Source: Spirochaetia bacterium
GTDB taxonomy: Bacteria > Spirochaetota > Spirochaetia > SZUA-6 > Bin103
DNA: 64,000 nt
Assembly: GCA_965208575.1 (NCBI GenBank)
Contig: CBDBOV010000006.1
Span: 672,001 to 736,000, forward strand
Direction: 5' to 3'
Part shown: one piece after another, positions 10,489 through 20,352 of the stretch
How the letters are laid out: each line of letters opens with the position of its first letter
Position numbering within the stretch: the stretch's first letter is position 1
Made by a program: the position numbers and the translations under genes
The notes under the pieces: model-generated
Told to the model about the DNA's origin: nothing
The model's input: the letters and a program-made list of their open reading frames with translations, nothing else
Databases searched by the model: none

Positions 10489-12441
10489 ATGATCGAAGCT
10501 CGCCACCGACTCGCCCGCACACCGATGCGGCTGCTCGTGCCGTTGCTGCTGGCGGCGCTGGCAGGTCCCGCCGCCGCCAAGGATCCGAGCTATATCGGTA
10601 CGGTACACACGGTCGGCACCGCCGCCGACGGCGCCACCGCCCGCGGCACCGTGTTCCTGGATGCCGACCGCGACTCGATGCCGGACCCCGGCGAGCGAGG
10701 GGTCGCCGGGGTGCTGGTCTCCAACGGGCGCGAGGTGGTGACGACCGGCGCCGACGGCAGCTACGAGATTCCCGCTTACGAAGACATGAACCTGTTCATC
10801 ACCAAGCCGGCCGGCTACGCCGTCCCGGTCAGCGACGAGATGGTTCCGCGGTTCGCCTACATCCACAAGATCGCCGGCTCGCCGCCGCTGCGCTACGGCG
10901 GCATCGAGCCCACCGGCCCGCTGCCGCGCGAGATCAACTTCCCGCTGATCGAAGACCCGGTGGGCGACCGGTTCCGGTGCCTGGCGTTCGGCGATCCGCA
11001 GCCCTACACCAACCGGGAGGTTTCCTACGTGCGCGACACCGTCGGCAAGATGCTGGTGACCCGCGATACCTCCGAAGTTGAGTGCCTGCTGTTCGAGGGC
11101 GACATCATGGGCGATGATCTGTCGCTGCTCGGGCGCTTCAAGAAGATCGTCGCGGCCGGCGGCGTGCCGCAGTACTACGTCGGCGGCAACCACGACCTGG
11201 ACTGGGATGCCGAGCACGACGCGCACTCGTTCGACACGTTCCGGCGCGAGTGGGGGCCGGAATACTACTCGTTCGACATCGGGCAGGTGCACTTCATCGT
11301 GCTCGACAACGTGCGCTACCCGTGCAACGGCATAGACGACCATCCGTTCTGCGATCCGGCGCGACGCCCCACCTACAACGGGGTGATCAGCGAGCGCCAA
11401 CTCGCCTGGCTGCGCAACGACCTGGCGCACGTGCCGGAGGACAAGCTGCTGGTGATCAACGCGCACATCCCGTTCGTGACCTACACCGACGCCACGCAGC
11501 AGAAGCACCAGACGGACAACCTGGATGAGCTGTACGCCATCGTGGGCGACCGGCCGGCCCTCGGGCTGTCGGGTCACACGCACACCACCGAGCAGATCGT
11601 GCCGGGCGAGCACTTCGCCGGCTGGCAGGAGCATACCGGCACCGGTCCGGCGCAGTTCCACCAGATCGTGACCGGAGCGGTGTCCGGCTCGTGGTGGGCC
11701 GGAGACCTGAACGATGCCGGCATACCGCACGCCACCCAGCGGCTCGGCGCCCCGCGCGGCTACTACCAGCTCGACTTCGACGGCGCCGGCTACACCGACA
11801 CCTACCTGACCTTCGGCGGCAGCGCCGACCGGCAGTTCCACGCCTCGTTCAACACGCCGCGGTTCCGGAGCTGGGCGGAGGAGCTGTTCGCCTACGTCGA
11901 TGAGCACGGCGCCCCCTCCGACGTGCTGCCACCGGTCACCATCAACGACCTGGGCGACATGAACATGCTGACGGTGCGCGACCTGCGCGAAGGCACCTGG
12001 GTGGCGGTCAACGTCTGGAACGGCTCGAAGGAGAGCGCCGTGTCCATTTCGGTGGATGGCGGGCCGCCGATCGCCGCGCTGCGTACCCAACCGGGGGAGG
12101 GCGAGGGCGCGCTGAGCGGTGCGCAGTACGCCGACCCGTGGGCGGTGGCGATTCAGTCCACCAACGGCCGCATGGCGGTGCGCAGCGGCCGCGGCGGCGA
12201 CGACACGGCCGGCTTCACCACCTGGCAGGACGTGCGCTGGAGCGGCGTGGCCGGCCCGTTCCGCGGCTGGATGCTCGCCAGGCGCTCCAACCACCTGTGG
12301 CGCGCCGACCTGCCGGCAGACCTCGCCGCCGGCGTGCACACCCTCGAGGTGGTCACCACCGACCGCTACGGGCGCACCTTCCGCGACACCAGCACCTTCG
12401 AGGTGGTCGACCGCATTCCCACCATGGGTTGGAACCGCTGA
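10489..12441 (+). CDS. secreted calcineurin-like metallophosphoesterase with N- and C-terminal accessory domains
   Basis: Signal peptide; GDPQ, GD, GNHD, HIP, SGHTH motifs; GGAGG RBS upstream of ATG 10489. Confidence 0.85.
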   Translation: MIEARHRLARTPMRLLVPLLLAALAGPAAAKDPSYIGTVHTVGTAADGATARGTVFLDADRDSMPDPGERGVAGVLVSNGREVVTTGADGSYEIPAYEDMNLFITKPAGYAVPVSDEMVPRFAYIHKIAGSPPLRYGGIEPTGPLPREINFPLIEDPVGDRFRCLAFGDPQPYTNREVSYVRDTVGKMLVTRDTSEVECLLFEGDIMGDDLSLLGRFKKIVAAGGVPQYYVGGNHDLDWDAEHDAHSFDTFRREWGPEYYSFDIGQVHFIVLDNVRYPCNGIDDHPFCDPARRPTYNGVISERQLAWLRNDLAHVPEDKLLVINAHIPFVTYTDATQQKHQTDNLDELYAIVGDRPALGLSGHTHTTEQIVPGEHFAGWQEHTGTGPAQFHQIVTGAVSGSWWAGDLNDAGIPHATQRLGAPRGYYQLDFDGAGYTDTYLTFGGSADRQFHASFNTPRFRSWAEELFAYVDEHGAPSDVLPPVTINDLGDMNMLTVRDLREGTWVAVNVWNGSKESAVSISVDGGPPIAALRTQPGEGEGALSGAQYADPWAVAIQSTNGRMAVRSGRGGDDTAGFTTWQDVRWSGVAGPFRGWMLARRSNHLWRADLPADLAAGVHTLEVVTTDRYGRTFRDTSTFEVVDRIPTMGWNR

Positions 12442-12523
12442 TTCCGGAGTCTGCCGGTCTGTCGGATCGGATCGACCGGTTGCCGGGAGAGCGCTGCCAC
12501 CCGACGTTGGGCGTGCGTTCGCC

Positions 12524-13495
12524 TCAGCGGACGGTCAGCACCACCTTGCCGATGTTGCCGTAGCGCTCCACCAGGTCGTGCGCCTGCTGCGCCTGCCGCA
12601 CCGGCATGGCCGTGTGGATGACCGGCAGGATCTCGCGTGCCGCCACCGCGGCGCCGAAGTCGCGCTGAAAGCCGGCACTGATGGCGGCCTTCTCGGCGGC
12701 CGAGCGCGCCCGCAGCACCGAGCCGATCAGGCGCTGCCGCTTGCGCATCAGGTCGCCGATGCGGAACTCGGCCACGTTGCCGCCGAGGGTGGCGATGAAC
12801 ACCAGCCGCCCGCGCTCGCGCAGCAGCCCGAGGTTGCGGGCCAGGTAGCCGGCGCCGACGCAGTCCAGGATCACGTCGACGCCGCCCGCGGCCGCGGCGA
12901 TCGCCTCCTCCCAACGGCCGGTGGTGTGGCTGACCGCCACGTCGGCGCCGAGTTCCCGGCACGCCGCCAGCTTGGCCTCCGAACGGGCGGTCACGCACAC
13001 CGTGGCGCCGGCGTGGCGGGCGAGTTGAATGGCCGCCGTGCCGACGCCGCTCGCGCCGCCGTGAATCAGCACCGTCTCGCCCGCGGTCAGACCCGCTTCC
13101 ATGAACATGTTGACGTAGGCGGTGAGGAATACTTCCGGCAGCCCGCCGCCCTCGGTATAGCTGAGCGCGTCCGGCAGCCGCATCAGGTAGCTCGCATCGG
13201 TCGCCACCGCTTCCGCGTAGCCGCCGCCGCCAAGGATGGAGTATACCCGGTCGCCGACCGCGAACCCCTGCGCCTGCGCGCCGACCGCCGCCACCTCGCC
13301 GGCCATCTCCAGGCCCAGGTAAGGCGGCGCCCCCGGCGGCGGATCGTAACCGCCGCGCCGCTGCGCCAGGTCCGCCCTGTTCACCGCCGTGGCGTGGATC
13401 CGTACCAGCACCTCGTGCGGTTTCGGTTCCGGATCCGCCACCTCCCGCCATTCCAGCGGCGCGTCGGCGCCGCCACCCACTACAATCGCATGCAC
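12524..13495 (-). CDS. NAD(P)H-quinone oxidoreductase (PIG3-like MDR family)
   Basis: AVNRADLAQRRGGY, GLEMAG, LIHGGASGVG, NIGKVVL motifs. Confidence 0.9.
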   Translation of the reverse strand: MHAIVVGGGADAPLEWREVADPEPKPHEVLVRIHATAVNRADLAQRRGGYDPPPGAPPYLGLEMAGEVAAVGAQAQGFAVGDRVYSILGGGGYAEAVATDASYLMRLPDALSYTEGGGLPEVFLTAYVNMFMEAGLTAGETVLIHGGASGVGTAAIQLARHAGATVCVTARSEAKLAACRELGADVAVSHTTGRWEEAIAAAAGGVDVILDCVGAGYLARNLGLLRERGRLVFIATLGGNVAEFRIGDLMRKRQRLIGSVLRARSAAEKAAISAGFQRDFGAAVAAREILPVIHTAMPVRQAQQAHDLVERYGNIGKVVLTVR

Positions 13496-13643
13496 CGGTG
13501 CAGCATACCGGCGCACAGCCCGGCGTTCCAGGCGCTATACTACCTGCGTGGAACGACACGGTGGCCCTGCGACACCGGAGGCGGGCCCCGGCGGCGCTTC
13601 CAGCCGGCCAATGGAACGGCGGCGCGGCAGCAGCGGGCGCCGC

Positions 13644-14636
13644 ATGATCCGCAACCTCGCCATCCTGCTCGCGGTGTGTGCCGCGGCGGTCGCCGCCATG
13701 CTGTTGGCAAGCCCGCGCGCGCCGGCCCTGTCCCGCACCGGCCTGCCGCGCCCGCAGCCCGAACCGAACGCCGCGCCGGAACGCGAGGCGGCCGTGTCGG
13801 TCGCGGTGCCCGGCGCCGGTGCGCCATGGCGAGTCGGACTCCAGGTCGGCCACCTCGATTCCGCGCAACTGCCGGCTGAATTGAGCCGGTTGCGCGCGTC
13901 AACCGGCGCTTACGCGGCGGGTGTGAATGAGGTGGATGTCAATCGTGCCGTGGCGGAGGCCGCGGCGGAACTCCTGCAGGATGCCGGAATCGACGTCACG
14001 GTGCTGCCAGCCACCATCCCGCCCGGCTTCGCCGCCGATGCGTTCGTGGCGCTCCACGCCGACGGCAGCACCGACTCCGGGGTTCGCGGCTACAAGGTCT
14101 CTCCGCCGTGGCGGGCATCGCCGGCATCGCGAACGTTGGTGGCCGCCCTGCTCGAACACTACGGAGCGGCGACCGGCCTGCCGCGAGACCTGAATGGCGT
14201 CACGTACCGGATGCGCGGCTACTACGCGTTCAACAGCTACCGCTACCGTCATGCAATTGCCTTGAACACCCCGGCGGCAATCCTGGAGATGGGCTATCTC
14301 AGTAACGGCACCGATCGCGAGTACCTTCTCGCCCACCCCGAGGAGGCGGCCGCCGGGCTGGTCGCCGGCATCCTCGCGTTCCTCGACCAGCGCGATCCGT
14401 TCGACCGCTGGGACACGATGCCGATCGAGGCGGTGATCCTGCGCACACCCCGCACCGGTATCGCGCTCCACGCCGGGCCCGATCGCGGTTCCACCGTGCG
14501 CCTGCACCTGCGCCAGGGGGATACGCTCTATGCGCGCGGCGGCGTTGGCCACTGGTACGACGTGCGCGTACAGGGCAGTTACCGCCACTTCGGTTGGGTG
14601 CACGCCGACGACCTCGGCATGCCGCCGCCCGAGTGA
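13644..14636 (+). CDS. N-acetylmuramoyl-L-alanine amidase (Amidase_3) with C-terminal SH3-like domain
   Basis: N-terminal TM/signal, LQVGH, E, ALHADG, ILEMGYLSN zinc motifs; SH3b-like tail (LHAGP...GWV). Confidence 0.85.
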   Translation: MIRNLAILLAVCAAAVAAMLLASPRAPALSRTGLPRPQPEPNAAPEREAAVSVAVPGAGAPWRVGLQVGHLDSAQLPAELSRLRASTGAYAAGVNEVDVNRAVAEAAAELLQDAGIDVTVLPATIPPGFAADAFVALHADGSTDSGVRGYKVSPPWRASPASRTLVAALLEHYGAATGLPRDLNGVTYRMRGYYAFNSYRYRHAIALNTPAAILEMGYLSNGTDREYLLAHPEEAAAGLVAGILAFLDQRDPFDRWDTMPIEAVILRTPRTGIALHAGPDRGSTVRLHLRQGDTLYARGGVGHWYDVRVQGSYRHFGWVHADDLGMPPPE

Positions 14637-15505
14637 ACCTCCCGCGGCGCCCGGACGCCCTCGAACGATGGCTGCTCGCCCACGAGGCGTCCGCGGCGGC
14701 CGCGGCGGGGCGGGCGATCACGCCGGGAACCGAGAAGCTGGTGGTGTGGCACGGCGGCGCACCCTGCCGGACCGACCTCGCGCTGGTGTACATCCATGGC
14801 TACACCGGCAGCCGCCAAGCCCTGGCGCCGGTGCCGGAGCAGGTCGCGGGACGCCTCGCGGCCAACCTGTTCTGCACCCGCCTGACCGGCAGCGGCCTGG
14901 GGGCCGATGCCATCGGCAACGCCACCCTAGAGTGCTGGCGGCGGGACACGGCGGAGGCGCTGCGGATCGGTGCGGTGATCGGGCGGCGGGTGGTGCTGAT
15001 CGGCATGTCCACCGGTGCCGCCCTGGCGGTGGCCGAGGCGGCGCGGCGGCCGTCGCTCGCCGCCCTGGTGCTGCTGGTGCCCAACTTCCGGCCGCGCAAC
15101 CGCGGCGTGAGCCTGCTGCTGACGCCGGCCGGTCCGTTGCTCGCCCGCCTGCTGGTCGGCCCCTATCGCGACCTGTCCGGGCGCAACGAAATGGAAGACC
15201 GCTACTGGACCACCCGCCACCACTCGCGGTCTCTGGTACCGATGATGCAGGCGGTACGCGACGCCCGGCGCGCCGCGCTGGAGGCGATCCGCAGCCCCAC
15301 GCTGGTGGTCTACACCGAGCAGGACGAGGTGGTCTCGGTGGCCGCGATCAAGGCCGCCTACGCCCGCCTCGGCAGCAAGCACAAACGGCTGCTGGACCTG
15401 CGGGGCGCGGAGCGCCACGAGTTGGCCGGCACCATCCAGGCGCCCGCCATGGTCCCGGCACTGACCGCGGCCGTCACCCGCTACCTGAGCGAATATCTAT
15501 ACTGA
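14633..15505 (+). CDS. alpha/beta hydrolase (carboxylesterase-like)
   Basis: YIHGYTGS, nucleophile GMSTG, Asp (QDEVV) and His (RHEL); GTGA overlap with amidase stop. Confidence 0.85.
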   Translation: MNLPRRPDALERWLLAHEASAAAAAGRAITPGTEKLVVWHGGAPCRTDLALVYIHGYTGSRQALAPVPEQVAGRLAANLFCTRLTGSGLGADAIGNATLECWRRDTAEALRIGAVIGRRVVLIGMSTGAALAVAEAARRPSLAALVLLVPNFRPRNRGVSLLLTPAGPLLARLLVGPYRDLSGRNEMEDRYWTTRHHSRSLVPMMQAVRDARRAALEAIRSPTLVVYTEQDEVVSVAAIKAAYARLGSKHKRLLDLRGAERHELAGTIQAPAMVPALTAAVTRYLSEYLY

Positions 15506-15600
15506 CCGCGGCGGCCACCGCTTCCTGAGCGAACACCTGTGCTCACCGCGGCCGTCACCCGCTTCCGGAGCGAACACCTGTGCTCGCCGCGGCGGCCCCA
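15461..15600 (+). repeat. degenerate tandem repeat, about 3.5 units of 40-41 bp, unit 1 being the hydrolase 3' end
   Basis: Units start at 15461, 15502, 15542, 15583; shared core CT(G/C)ACCGCGGC...CCGCT(A/T)CC(T/G)GAGCGAA(T/C)A. Confidence 0.85.
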
Positions 15601-15662
15601 ACTTCGGCGGCACGCCGACGGCCCGGCGCCCGAGTCACCCCGCCCAAGCGGGAGGCACCCGA

Positions 15663-17012
15663 TCACTCGTCGTCTTCGAGATCGACGTGCAACCTACTCG
15701 GAACGCCAGGCGTGTAGCCGTCGCCCGGCCAGATGGAGATGAGCTCGCTGCCTCCGAAGAGGTGGTTTCTCTTGTCGTTATTGCCGGCCGTCACCGTCAA
15801 CGAGGTCGTACCGGAGGTGGGGATCGTGACCGCCGCCGGACGGGGTGTGAGCTTCAATTCCAGATCCACAGGGGGATCATGGGACTCTCCCAAATAAACC
15901 CAATTCAGCGCGACCGTCAGGGTGGACGATGGCGCCGGCGTCGCCTCCAGCGTGTACGACATGGTGCCGCCCTCGTCCACAGTAACGAACGTGGCACGTG
16001 GGAATTCGCGATGGACCGTAGAACCGGCGGACGAGATCGTCACCGTGGAGATTGGCGGCGCGGGAGGCACGGGCGCGGGCGCGGGCGCGGGAGGCGCGGG
16101 CGGGCGAGGGATCTGCGCTGGTGGACTCGGCAATGGAACCCGCGGTCCTTCAGGCGTCGGCGCTGGATCCGCCGGTCCTGCAGGCGCCGGTCCTGCAGGC
16201 GCCGGCACTGGGGATCGGGCGGTCTGGTCGTCGTCGGTCACGTCGACGGTCGCCGACCTTGGCATGCCGACCGTATAACCGCTGCCGGGATCGACGGTGA
16301 CCTCCACCGAGCCGTCCTGCTCGTTGGTGTCGTCGTCGTCGGTGGCCGCCGTCAACGGGGCCGTCCGCGTGGAGGCGACTATCGTGACCGTCCCGGAACC
16401 GCTTGCGGCCAGGAACGAGCCTGGATCCGACCAACTCACGTTGACGGTCAGGTCGGCCGCGGGCGCCGGCGACGCGGTCAGCGTGAACGATACCGCGCTA
16501 CCCTCGGGCACCGGGCTGTCGCCAGCCGCGATCGTGACCACCGGCTGCATCGTCAGCTTCGCGCTGGCCGCCGCGCCGGCGCCCGCACCGACCGCGTAGC
16601 CGTCGCCGGCACCTATCGTCGCGGTGACCACGCACCCCTGCGCGCCCACCGTGACGCCGCTCGTCTCCACCTTCAGGGTGCCCTGCAACGTGCCGGCGGC
16701 GATGATCACCGAGTCCGGCGGCTCGGTCAGCTCGCAGGGGGCGGACACGATGGCGACGTCCACGGTGAGGTTCGCTGGCGGCGCGGGTGCGGCGCTGACC
16801 AGGAAACGCAACTCATCTCCGGCAACCACGAAGTCCGCTGCTGGGGCGATGGTGACCACGATGGCTACGGATCCTTGCGAACTCTCCGGCGGCGTAGCCT
16901 GGGTACACGCCGCGAGCGTGAGAACAAGGAGCAGACCCAGCCCCGCCGTGACCGCCGACGCGGTCCTGCGAACGTCGACCCCATCACCCGGAGTGGCTGT
17001 TGCCGGTCTCAC
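15663..17012 (-). CDS. surface lipoprotein with three Calx-beta/Ig-like domains and a Pro-rich linker
   Basis: Lipobox LAAC; repeated VTI...EG...F/YTLxAxPAP...GxGYxVG...DDD units; PAPAGPAP linker. Confidence 0.7.
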   Translation of the reverse strand: MRPATATPGDGVDVRRTASAVTAGLGLLLVLTLAACTQATPPESSQGSVAIVVTIAPAADFVVAGDELRFLVSAAPAPPANLTVDVAIVSAPCELTEPPDSVIIAAGTLQGTLKVETSGVTVGAQGCVVTATIGAGDGYAVGAGAGAAASAKLTMQPVVTIAAGDSPVPEGSAVSFTLTASPAPAADLTVNVSWSDPGSFLAASGSGTVTIVASTRTAPLTAATDDDDTNEQDGSVEVTVDPGSGYTVGMPRSATVDVTDDDQTARSPVPAPAGPAPAGPADPAPTPEGPRVPLPSPPAQIPRPPAPPAPAPAPVPPAPPISTVTISSAGSTVHREFPRATFVTVDEGGTMSYTLEATPAPSSTLTVALNWVYLGESHDPPVDLELKLTPRPAAVTIPTSGTTSLTVTAGNNDKRNHLFGGSELISIWPGDGYTPGVPSRLHVDLEDDE

Positions 17013-17167
17013 GGCGCCAATTTATGTGTGAATAACGTCAATGTCTACACTGACAACATGTCTAAAACGTATTTATTTGTGGCTTCTTTGTCTCATCTGT
17101 GGATTGATCTCGCACGCAAGGCTGCCGTCGCCGGCATAGCGCGCCGCGCTCCCGGCCCGGTCGGCGT

Positions 17168-18406
17168 TCAGGTGTTGGCGGCGCTCCGGCCCCCGCGCGC
17201 AGCGGCGTATTGCGTCCGGGGAAGGAAACGGAACGCGATGGCGGCGGCGACCAGCGGCAGCCAGCCGAGCGCGCCCAGCATGACGGTGACGCCGGCGAGA
17301 TCGGCGATCCAGCCGAGCAGCGGCAAGGTCAGGCTCGCCAGCCCCCAGCTCATCCCCAGCGGCAGGCTGGAGGCCAGCGCGCGCTGCCCCGGCGCCGCCT
17401 GCTGGGCCAGCGCTACCATCACCGACGTGCTGGAGCCGAGCAAGCCGCCGCCGACCGCCAACAGGAGCAGCGACGCCGGCCCCGGCACCAGCGCGTAGGC
17501 GCACAGGAAGGGAGCGGACGCCGCCAGCGAGCCCCATACCAGCGGCTTCGGATCGGTGCGATCGGCGATCCGCCCCACCCCGAGGCTGGCCAGCACACCG
17601 GCCAGGCTGTACACCGACAGGGCGATGCCGCCCACCGCCAGGCCCATGCCGCGGTCGCGGTTCAGGATGGCGATGAACAGGTTGAAGCCGAGAAACGTGA
17701 CGTTGCGCAGCACCACCACGGAGAGAATCGCGGCCAGCGGACGCAGGTTGGCGGCAAGCTGGGCAGCCACGGCACGCCAGCGCTGGTCCTGCGCCGGATC
17801 GGCGCCAAGCGGCACCCGCCGCCAGATGGCGAGCGCCGCGGCCACGCCGGGCAGCGCGGCCAACGGCAGGACGCGCGTTCCGAACGCATCCACGGTGAAC
17901 GTGAGCCAGGTCGGCGTGATCGCCAGGCCGACGGTACCGGCAAACACGAACAGGGCGATGCCGAACGCCCGCCGCGCACCGCTCAGGTCGGCGGCGATCA
18001 CGAACGACTGCGGATGAAACGCCGCCACGCCGAGGCCGCCGGCGGCGATCACGGCGATGGTCAGCGCGAAACTCCCGGTCACGCCCATCAGCGGCATGCA
18101 CACGGCTGCCAGCAGGACGCCCGCCGGTACCAGGTTGCGGCGCCGCAGGCGGTCGCCGAGCAGGCCGAACAGCGGCTGCGACAGGTTGCTGAACGCCATC
18201 ACCGCGCCGATGGTGGCGGTGGCGGCCAGGCTGAGGCCAAGCCGCTCCTGCAGCAGGGGCACCATCGGCGGCAGCATGCCGGCGTAGGAGTCGACACAGA
18301 AGTGGCCGACCGACAACGGCAGCAGCGGGCGGCGCCGCCGCTCGGGCTCCACCGCCGGGGCCGCGCGCGCGCCCGCCGCCGGCGCCGCCGCGGCCCCCGC
18401 GGTCAC
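17168..18406 (-). CDS. MFS transporter (fosmidomycin-resistance Fsr-like)
   Basis: GHFCVDSY, SQPLFGLLGDR, AFHPQ motifs; about 12 TM; GTGA overlap with upstream gene. Confidence 0.85.
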   Translation of the reverse strand: MTAGAAAAPAAGARAAPAVEPERRRRPLLPLSVGHFCVDSYAGMLPPMVPLLQERLGLSLAATATIGAVMAFSNLSQPLFGLLGDRLRRRNLVPAGVLLAAVCMPLMGVTGSFALTIAVIAAGGLGVAAFHPQSFVIAADLSGARRAFGIALFVFAGTVGLAITPTWLTFTVDAFGTRVLPLAALPGVAAALAIWRRVPLGADPAQDQRWRAVAAQLAANLRPLAAILSVVVLRNVTFLGFNLFIAILNRDRGMGLAVGGIALSVYSLAGVLASLGVGRIADRTDPKPLVWGSLAASAPFLCAYALVPGPASLLLLAVGGGLLGSSTSVMVALAQQAAPGQRALASSLPLGMSWGLASLTLPLLGWIADLAGVTVMLGALGWLPLVAAAIAFRFLPRTQYAAARGGRSAANT

Positions 18407-19653
18407 TGTCCGCCTGCCAACCGCGGCGGCACGCGGCCGGAGGTCAACACCGCTTCGATCTGGCGTTCGGCACCCCAACGCGGCGATGCGGCCACCAGTT
18501 CCAGCAGGCGGCGCAGCTCATCGCGGTCTTCCAGGCGCGCCAGCGCCGGCACCGACTGCTTCAGGATGCGGAACCCGCGGCGGGCGTTGAGGCGCAGGCT
18601 CGGCGTGCGGCTGCTGCCGTAGATGCCGCTCTCCAGCGAACGCAGGTACTCGTACGAGGCGTCGAGTTCCGGGCAGATGCCGCGCCCGGCTGCCCGGCGG
18701 GTGATCTCGGCGGTGATCAGTTCCTGCATGCGGTCCAGGTTGGTGCCGCCGCGATAGGTGACCCGCAGCGGCACGCTCACCAGCGCTTCGCCATCCGCGG
18801 TAAAGCCGCTGAACCACTCGGTGTAGAACCCCTTCTCCAGCACGATCGGCGTGGAGCGGGGAATGAAGCGCATGCGCCGCAGCTCCTCGAGTTGATGCTC
18901 GATGCGGGCGATCTCCTGCTGCAGGCGGGGGTCGCCGGGGCTGGCCGCCAACCGGCTGCGCAGCGGCGGCAGGATTTCCTGCTCGAACAGCAGGATCGCC
19001 TGCGACAGCGGCAGCCGGATGCGTTCGGATGCGAGCAGCTCCTGGTCCTCCTCCTGCTCGATGCCGTACGGCGGGTCGGGCTCGCCCTCCGGGGCGGCGG
19101 TCGCGAACATCGAGCGCATGAACCGGCGTAGCGGCAACGGCAGGCGCTCGGAGTGGAACAGGGGCGCGTACGTGTCGTCGCGGGCGGCGTACTTGCGCAG
19201 CGCCGCGGTGACGATGCGCGCGAGCGCACGCGAGGTCGCGACGGAGGCGTCCGCCGGCTCCAGCAACGCGCCGCCGCCGCGCAGCACCAGTTGCTGAAAC
19301 AGGTCGCGGGCGCGCCGATAGCCGGGGTCGCTGCCGATCAATTCCCGCTGGTCGGAGGAGATGCCGGTCGCCTGCAGTTCCTCCAGGAGCGCGAGTCCGC
19401 TGACCGCGCACTGCCGCGCCCTGCGATACAGGCGGGGTGCCGGCTGGCCGCTGGTGCGCACGCCTTCGAGAATGTGCAGCGCCAGGGCGAAGCGGGTCGC
19501 ACACAGCCCGAACACATGGTCCAAGTTCTTCAGGCCGGCAAACCGCACCTCGTCATCGGCGACGCAGGCGGCCAACCGTGCCTCTTCCCGCTCCAGCCGC
19601 CGTACCGTCGCCTTCCAGGAGGCTTCCGGGCTGCGCTGCACCGACTCGTCCAC
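18403..19653 (-). CDS. hypothetical protein (416 aa, helical)
   Basis: Long ORF with host-like codon usage, translationally coupled to the MFS gene; no motif recognised. Confidence 0.7.
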   Translation of the reverse strand: MDESVQRSPEASWKATVRRLEREEARLAACVADDEVRFAGLKNLDHVFGLCATRFALALHILEGVRTSGQPAPRLYRRARQCAVSGLALLEELQATGISSDQRELIGSDPGYRRARDLFQQLVLRGGGALLEPADASVATSRALARIVTAALRKYAARDDTYAPLFHSERLPLPLRRFMRSMFATAAPEGEPDPPYGIEQEEDQELLASERIRLPLSQAILLFEQEILPPLRSRLAASPGDPRLQQEIARIEHQLEELRRMRFIPRSTPIVLEKGFYTEWFSGFTADGEALVSVPLRVTYRGGTNLDRMQELITAEITRRAAGRGICPELDASYEYLRSLESGIYGSSRTPSLRLNARRGFRILKQSVPALARLEDRDELRRLLELVAASPRWGAERQIEAVLTSGRVPPRLAGGQ

Positions 19654-19767
19654 GCCGCTACCGTGCCGCCCACCGCCACCGCCGTCAACCGGGGCAACCG
19701 CCTGGTAGCAGGTCAGTTTGAACTTCGTCCCCTCCCCGAAGCCGTGACCCGATTCGGCGCGCTGAGC

Positions 19768-19932
19768 TTAGAGCGAGGCAATGACCGCTGCGACAGCCGC
19801 GGCAGCGGCCACCACTGTGGCGACCAGCCACCGCAGGATGGCGTTCTTTGCTTTCTCGATGTCCTCACGAGTGGCGACGTGCTCCATGAGCGTTTCGAGC
19901 CTTGTCATACGATCACTCATGCTGTCACTCAT
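19768..19932 (-). CDS. 54-aa coiled-coil plus C-terminal TM protein (DUF1640/CCDC90-like)
   Basis: Translated by hand: MSDSMSDRMTRLETLMEHVATREDIEKAKNAILRWLVATVVAAAAAVAAVIASL*; absent from the ORF track because of its length. Confidence 0.7.
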   Translation of the reverse strand: MSDSMSDRMTRLETLMEHVATREDIEKAKNAILRWLVATVVAAAAAVAAVIASL

Positions 19933-20083
19933 GAGAAGAGAAGTTTATGACCCCGAGAGGTTCAGATCAAGTCCGGATACCGGCGCGACGCGCTTGGCCG
20001 GGCGTGCTACAGGCCCGCCAACTCGTCGGCGCCGACCGCGAACTGCCCCGGCTGCTCCGGCTGAGCCGGTACGGTGGCCGCCA

Positions 20084-20092
20084 TGCTATAAT
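20084..20092 (+). promoter_or_regulatory. extended -10 promoter for the glutaredoxin operon
   Basis: TGcTATAAT, 10 nt upstream of ATG 20103. Confidence 0.6.
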
Positions 20093-20102
20093 GATGAGCG
20101 CA

Positions 20103-20339
20103 ATGGCGGTTCGCATCTACTCTACCCCCACCTGCACGTTCTGCGATCAGCTCAAGGGATATCTGCGCCAGCGCCAGGTGAAGTTCGTCGACTACGACGT
20201 GTCGCGCGATGAGCGCAAGGCCGGCGAGATGCTGCACAAGTCGCGCCAGACCGCGGTGCCCGTGCTCGACTTCCACGGCACCATCGTGGTTGGCTTCGAC
20301 AAGCCCAAGGTCGACCGGCTCATCGCCCGCTACCGCTGA
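20103..20339 (+). CDS. glutaredoxin/NrdH-like protein
   Basis: YSTPTCTFC, VPV, VGFD motifs. Confidence 0.9.
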   Translation: MAVRIYSTPTCTFCDQLKGYLRQRQVKFVDYDVSRDERKAGEMLHKSRQTAVPVLDFHGTIVVGFDKPKVDRLIARYR

Positions 20340-20352
20340 GCGGCCGTACCAC

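Noticed and set aside
15461-15600. CRISPR array
   Set aside because: Units are contiguous with no unique spacers, degenerate, and no cas genes are present.
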